The notes under the pieces were generated by a model that was given only the letters and a program-made list of their open reading frames with translations, ran no database searches and was not told the origin of the DNA. This document shows positions 61,161 through 64,000 of a DNA stretch of 64,000 nt, in pieces; the stretch's first letter is position 1, and every line of letters starts with the position of its first letter. The DNA is from Marsupella aquatica (taxonomy: Eukaryota; Plantae; Marchantiophyta). The position numbers and the translations under genes were made by a program. Location of the stretch: NCBI GenBank assembly GCA_973895155.1, contig OZ316896.1:3100001-3164000 (forward strand). The letters run 5' to 3'.

Positions 61161-61370
61161 AACCAACTGGCTTAGGTCAGTTGGCTAGGGGATGAGCCTG
61201 GAACTAAAAGGTCCCACTTCAATTCCCCCTCCAGACATAGGGTTGTGGAGGGTATATGTCTATGGGTGGGATGGGTTTTGAGAGTAGTGGATCATGGGAG
61301 TTCGGATTATCTACTCGGTCCCTGGTTGTCCACTTTGTGGCCCTGGTTTAATCGTCTCTCTCTCCTAGTG
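61161..61370 (+). mobile_element. tRNA-derived SINE-like repeat, copy 2
   Basis: AACCAACTGGCTTAGGTCAGTTGG..GATGAGC..AGGTCCCA.TTCAATTCCCCCTCCA..TGTGGAGGGTAT aligns with 55670-55865. Confidence 0.55.
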
Positions 61371-63715
61371 CGGGTTCCCTTTGCATCCATGAGAGCTCAC
61401 CCTGGTATGGGTTCCCTACAAAGAAAGTGTCACTATTGGGGTGGGGAGTGTTCTTCCCCATTTTGGTTAAAGACAAAAACAAGGGTGGCATGGGATGGTG
61501 AGCTCTGCTGCAGCGCCTGCAACCAGAGCAATTGCAACCTCGATGGGCATTTTGGGTTCTTGAGATTGTGCCAGGTTGCATTAGGGAGCATTGAGCTTAG
61601 TTTTGTCAGGCCAGTATGTGTTTCGTTTAGTTGCCAAAAGTAAGTCCTCCCTCTTTAATAAGATTCTCCTATACTTTCACTTAAATTAGTGAAAATAAAA
61701 ATATATGAGCGCTTTAATTGTATTACTGTCCAGAGCACCATGGCCAATAATAGCCCCTCAAAACTAGTGAATTAGCCCTCGTTTTTGGGGTCGTGGGATA
61801 TTGACTGTAAAGCTGGTTCTTGCAAAGAAAGGTTTCAGTGGTTGAGTATTTGATGGTATGAACATATATTTGTGAATTGATTAATATGGCCGGGGATCGA
61901 AATGATGTTATTTGTTCGAATATAATGGAAAGATAGCGTCGCGCACACATTCATTGCTTACTTTCAATCCCTTGCTGGTTGAGTCACTAGCAAGTTCCGA
62001 TTAGTTTCTGACGACGTTTTAATTCACGTCTAAGTTATATGCAGATGTTCTTTGTTTGGGTTAAAACGTTAAGCACTTGTTAATTCAACCCTAATTCAAA
62101 AAATCAGGGGATAAATACAGTCTTAAAACTAAGCTGGTGAAACTATATATACTTTCCAAATAACTCGAAGGCTTGCCTTTCTCACACTCAATAACATTCT
62201 CTAGAAACGGGTTTTGCTAGACTTGATACTGTTTCTATTGGTTTTCTTAAGTCCAAGATCCGGAATTCTTGAAGCCTTTTCGATTCTGAGTTTGACTTGG
62301 TCAACCAATGTTCACAGCTCGCCAATCTCGAGACTCGTCCCAGATGGCGTTTCTAAAGTTTTATTAGTAGTTTCGGATCGACAGTCACCGTATTCCGTCC
62401 TGCTCATCTCGTGACAACAGATTTCGGATTGGATTTAGGACAAACTTGATCGACTGAAATTGGTGGCTCGAAGATCTATTACATTGTCTCCCGAGAAGAA
62501 ATTCTGAGCAAAGAAATAATGTTTGCCTTGATAAATGGTTAGTACAAATTTTCAATTAAATGCTAACACAGGTTGGGTCACTGTACTACGAACGTATTGA
62601 AGATTGAGTTGCTCGATAATGCTACGCTATGCAAGCTACCGCAGCCTGAGTGATCAAGGAGTTTGCCATCTGGACCTTCTAAACCTCTACTGCTGCTACA
62701 TTTATAGCTACAGTGAAGGAACAGAACTAAACCCTTATATTGTGTTCTATCTAGAGAACCCGCTTCCTCTTCTCACCGCTAAGATTATGAAGTCAGTGGA
62801 TGTAAAGAGTCAATGGCTCGAGATCAGAGAAACATATTCAGTTGTTGTAGTGTTGACGCCTTCATATCCGTCTAAGGCCAACTCAACTTCTTGCTTCGAA
62901 TATGGGCCCTGGTCTAATGGACTTCGTAGGTAGTGCTGTATTTTCCAGATTACACAATAACTCGTCAGGCACATGAACTGTAGTCATCATCACCACTGTC
63001 AAGTTGCGTGAGACGTCCCAGTTGAACGGGACCATTAACCGGATAGGCTAACGTGAACTCGGAATCCAATCGACGCAAACAAATATGACAAGTGAGCTCA
63101 GCGTAGATTGAGACAATGGAATCAGCTCTAGCGCTTTATTGACGAGTTCAACACATATATTGATAGCTGTAGAGAATCCAAGAGCTAGAGGCCATTTCTA
63201 TGTACTTCTACACCGGAATTCGCGTGCAGTCTATCAATCAGTACTAATCGTCCAGTCATTGTCCCTGGCGACCGTGAATAGACGAGATTATTGTCTACTG
63301 TTATATACAATTTTTCTTCTAGTCAATCAACGATTCATTGACAAAGAGCAACCGGATTCTTAGGTATCGTTATTCATAAGTATTAGGCGATCAACTCATC
63401 TACTGTATAAATACAAAAAATTATATATCTGGTCTAGTGGGATAATTGGGACTGGCTTATCCACTAATAATCAAATAGCTTTCATTGTCATGTGGCCAAA
63501 AAGCAGGAAATGATCCGAATCGTTCCCTCCTTCAGGTTTCGACATTGCTAGCTGTCCATCTTGGCATTCGTCCCGTGACCGTTTATTGGTATTGTACCAG
63601 CCTTATTTTGACTGCTTCATCGACGCGACATAGCTCCGACTTGATCCAATCTTTTCCTGCTGGGTACATCGTAATCTATGACGCCTCGCTGCAGCTTGGA
63701 CTGCATCCTGTAAGA

Positions 63716-64000
63716 CTATGCAGCATACTGGCACAGGCCAAAGCTGCACAGGTCCTTCGATGGGCACTTGTTGCCGCAAACTCCACAGTTGTTGGGGTCG
63801 TTGATCAAATTCGCGCACTTACCTGTGCAGCAAATTGAACCGAGAGGGCAACTATTCCCGCAGCTTCCGCAGTTAAACATGTCGGTCGTGGTGTTAGTGC
63901 AAATGGATGCACCTGGGAGAAATCCAGTGTTTGGAAGTTTGCAGCAGGAGAGACCAGTTAGGCATGGAACAAGGCAGTTAGTGGACGGTGCAGCTGCCAC
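63716..64000 (-). CDS. STIG1-family cysteine-rich secreted protein (5' end outside the window)
   Basis: CC..C.N..TD.FNCGSCGNSC..G.ICC.GKC.NL..DPNNCGVCGNKC....C.FGLCQYA, the STIG1 cysteine pattern. Confidence 0.9.
   Translation of the reverse strand: MAAAPSTNCLVPCLTGLSCCKLPNTGFLPGASICTNTTTDMFNCGSCGNSCPLGSICCTGKCANLINDPNNCGVCGNKCPSKDLCSFGLCQYAA

Noticed and set aside
63600-63822. Intron in STIG1 at the strong CAG|GTAAG site
   Set aside because: The unspliced frame continues with the complete STIG1 cysteine pattern to the stop.

Overview
Eukaryotic, intron-containing land-plant DNA, most likely a bryophyte such as a liverwort. This is inferred from gene content: STIG1, spliced B3 genes and a half-tRNA-primed Copia. 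Left third: a TE-rich block holding an apparently intact ~7.4 kb Kolobok-type DNA transposon (TTAA TSD, spliced DDE transposase, convergent KolX-like gene, two anticodon-less tRNA-like modules) and a non-autonomous CACTA element with TIRs and TSD. Middle: a conserved plant membrane/PH-like gene with a higher-order satellite at its promoter, then a tail-to-tail pair of Myb/SANT-like + B3 genes. Right half: a cluster of four intronless AIG1/GIMAP-like GTPase genes plus one relic interrupted by a young Copia, two tRNA-derived SINE-like copies, and a STIG1 gene cut by the window edge. Three of the four GTPases carry an N-terminal domain that reads as a catalytically dead second GTPase fold (pseudoGTPase-GTPase tandem), and one of these sits head-to-head with a single-domain GTPase. 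The best novelty candidates are this pseudoGTPase-GTPase cluster and the Kolobok element with its mascRNA-like RNA modules. All homology calls come from motif recognition by eye; no searches were run.
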